This document shows positions 62,873-64,000 of a stretch of DNA of 64,000 bases, piece after piece. The notes below the pieces were generated by a model. That model was not told the DNA's origin. It did not search any database and worked only from the letters and a program-made list of their open reading frames with translations. Positions within the stretch are counted from its first letter, which is position 1. Every line of letters starts with the position of its first letter. The position numbers and the translations under genes are program-made. Origin of the DNA: Haliotis rufescens (Eukaryota); assembly GCF_023055435.1 (NCBI RefSeq), contig NW_025964223.1, positions 12,834,001-12,898,000 of the forward strand. The letters are read 5' to 3'.

Positions 62873-63145
62873 TAGAGGTTTAGTTCAGGGATAAACAAGC
62901 ACCAGCAGCTAGCTGCCCTCATACACAGTCTTAGTGGGGGGAAGGATGGTAACCCACCCAAGTGACCACACACACACACACACAAACTAGAGGTTTAGTT
63001 CAGGGATAAACAAGCACCAGAAGATGGCTGCCCTCATACACAGTCTTAGTGGGGGGAAGGATGGTAACCCACCAAGTGACCACACACACACACACATACT
63101 AGAGGTTTAGTTCAGGGATAAACAAGCACCAGCAGATGGCTGTCC
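62283..63145 (+). repeat. ~105-135 bp minisatellite (7 full copies plus 1 partial) made of the CIP2A C-terminal codons, stop and variable (CA)n
   Basis: acaagcaccag...gccctcatacacagtcttagtggggggaaggatggtaacccacccaagTGAc(ca)n tactagaggtttagttcagggataa, repeated. Confidence 0.96.
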
Positions 63146-64000
63146 CCCTTCAGTCCAAGTCCATTCCTTTTTTTGAAAATTACCTCCCCTGCCCAAGGTT
63201 ATCTGGTCAATCTCATGATGTTTATTATTTTGCATCACATTTTAATAAATTTTCATGACATGTTTACTGATGAACTGCATGTTTACGATGGTGGCTTTGC
63301 TTCTTATTACCAGATCAAATTAATAATGCATTTAAACAACAGATTGTATGCAATTACGTTTTAGTCGTATTTGTGTGTTTGAACTATTCCAGACAAGAAA
63401 TGTTCCAAGTTTGTATGATTAGGTTAGGAACACATTGCATGATATGTAGGTGGCTGTTTACAGATTGTCTGTTTAGAGGTTTTGTTTGTGGTATATGACC
63501 GATATATATACATGTCTGTATGTATGTGATTTTGTTGTATGGCATTGTTAAGATGTATCTAACTTATTGCTAACGTCTAGGGGAGGAGGGGTAGACCCAT
63601 TCACTTCTCATGCAGAAAGCCTTCTTTACACATTCTTCAGTGATGTCGAGTATTCTGTCTAGTTAGTGGTGGTATCTGCAAAACAGGTGGAATTCCTCAC
63701 TATCATTCTCTCTTACTGTCCCTGGGGCGGTCGGGTAGCCTAGTGGTTAAAGTGTTCGCTCGTCACGCTGAAGACCCGGGTCGATTCCCGACATGGGTAC
63801 AATGTGTGAAGCCCATTTCTGGTGTCTCCTGCCATGATATTGCTGGAATATTGCTAAAAGCGGCGTAAAATCATACTCACTCATTCACTCACTCACTCTT
63901 ACTGTCTCCCACTCACTCACTCTTACTGTCTCTCACTCACTCCCTCACTCACTCACTCACTCACTCACTCTTACTGTCTCTCACTCCTTCACTCACTCAC

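Overview
Eukaryotic (animal) genomic DNA; the SINE and MITE repertoire suggests a gastropod mollusc such as abalone (inference). Bases 1-17.4 kb are a dense nest of transposon remnants. It holds one nearly complete Ngaro-type tyrosine-recombinase retrotransposon (gag, RT/RNase H, YR) whose RNase H is split by a pogo/mariner MITE, and three truncated Ngaro copies. It also holds two Mutator-like transposase remnants, a pogo DDE fragment, and the 3' end of an LTR retroelement (C2H2 zinc-finger ORF, polypurine tract, LTR). Bases 19.9-62.4 kb hold two head-to-head host genes whose exons I joined by hand with consistent GT-AG phases: METTL25 (minus strand, 6 coding exons, 720 aa) and CIP2A (plus strand, 22 coding exons, 927 aa). 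The most striking pattern is six unrelated minisatellite arrays, each built from or abutting a functional boundary of these genes (acceptors, donors, the stop codon). Together they create dozens of decoy splice sites next to the real ones.
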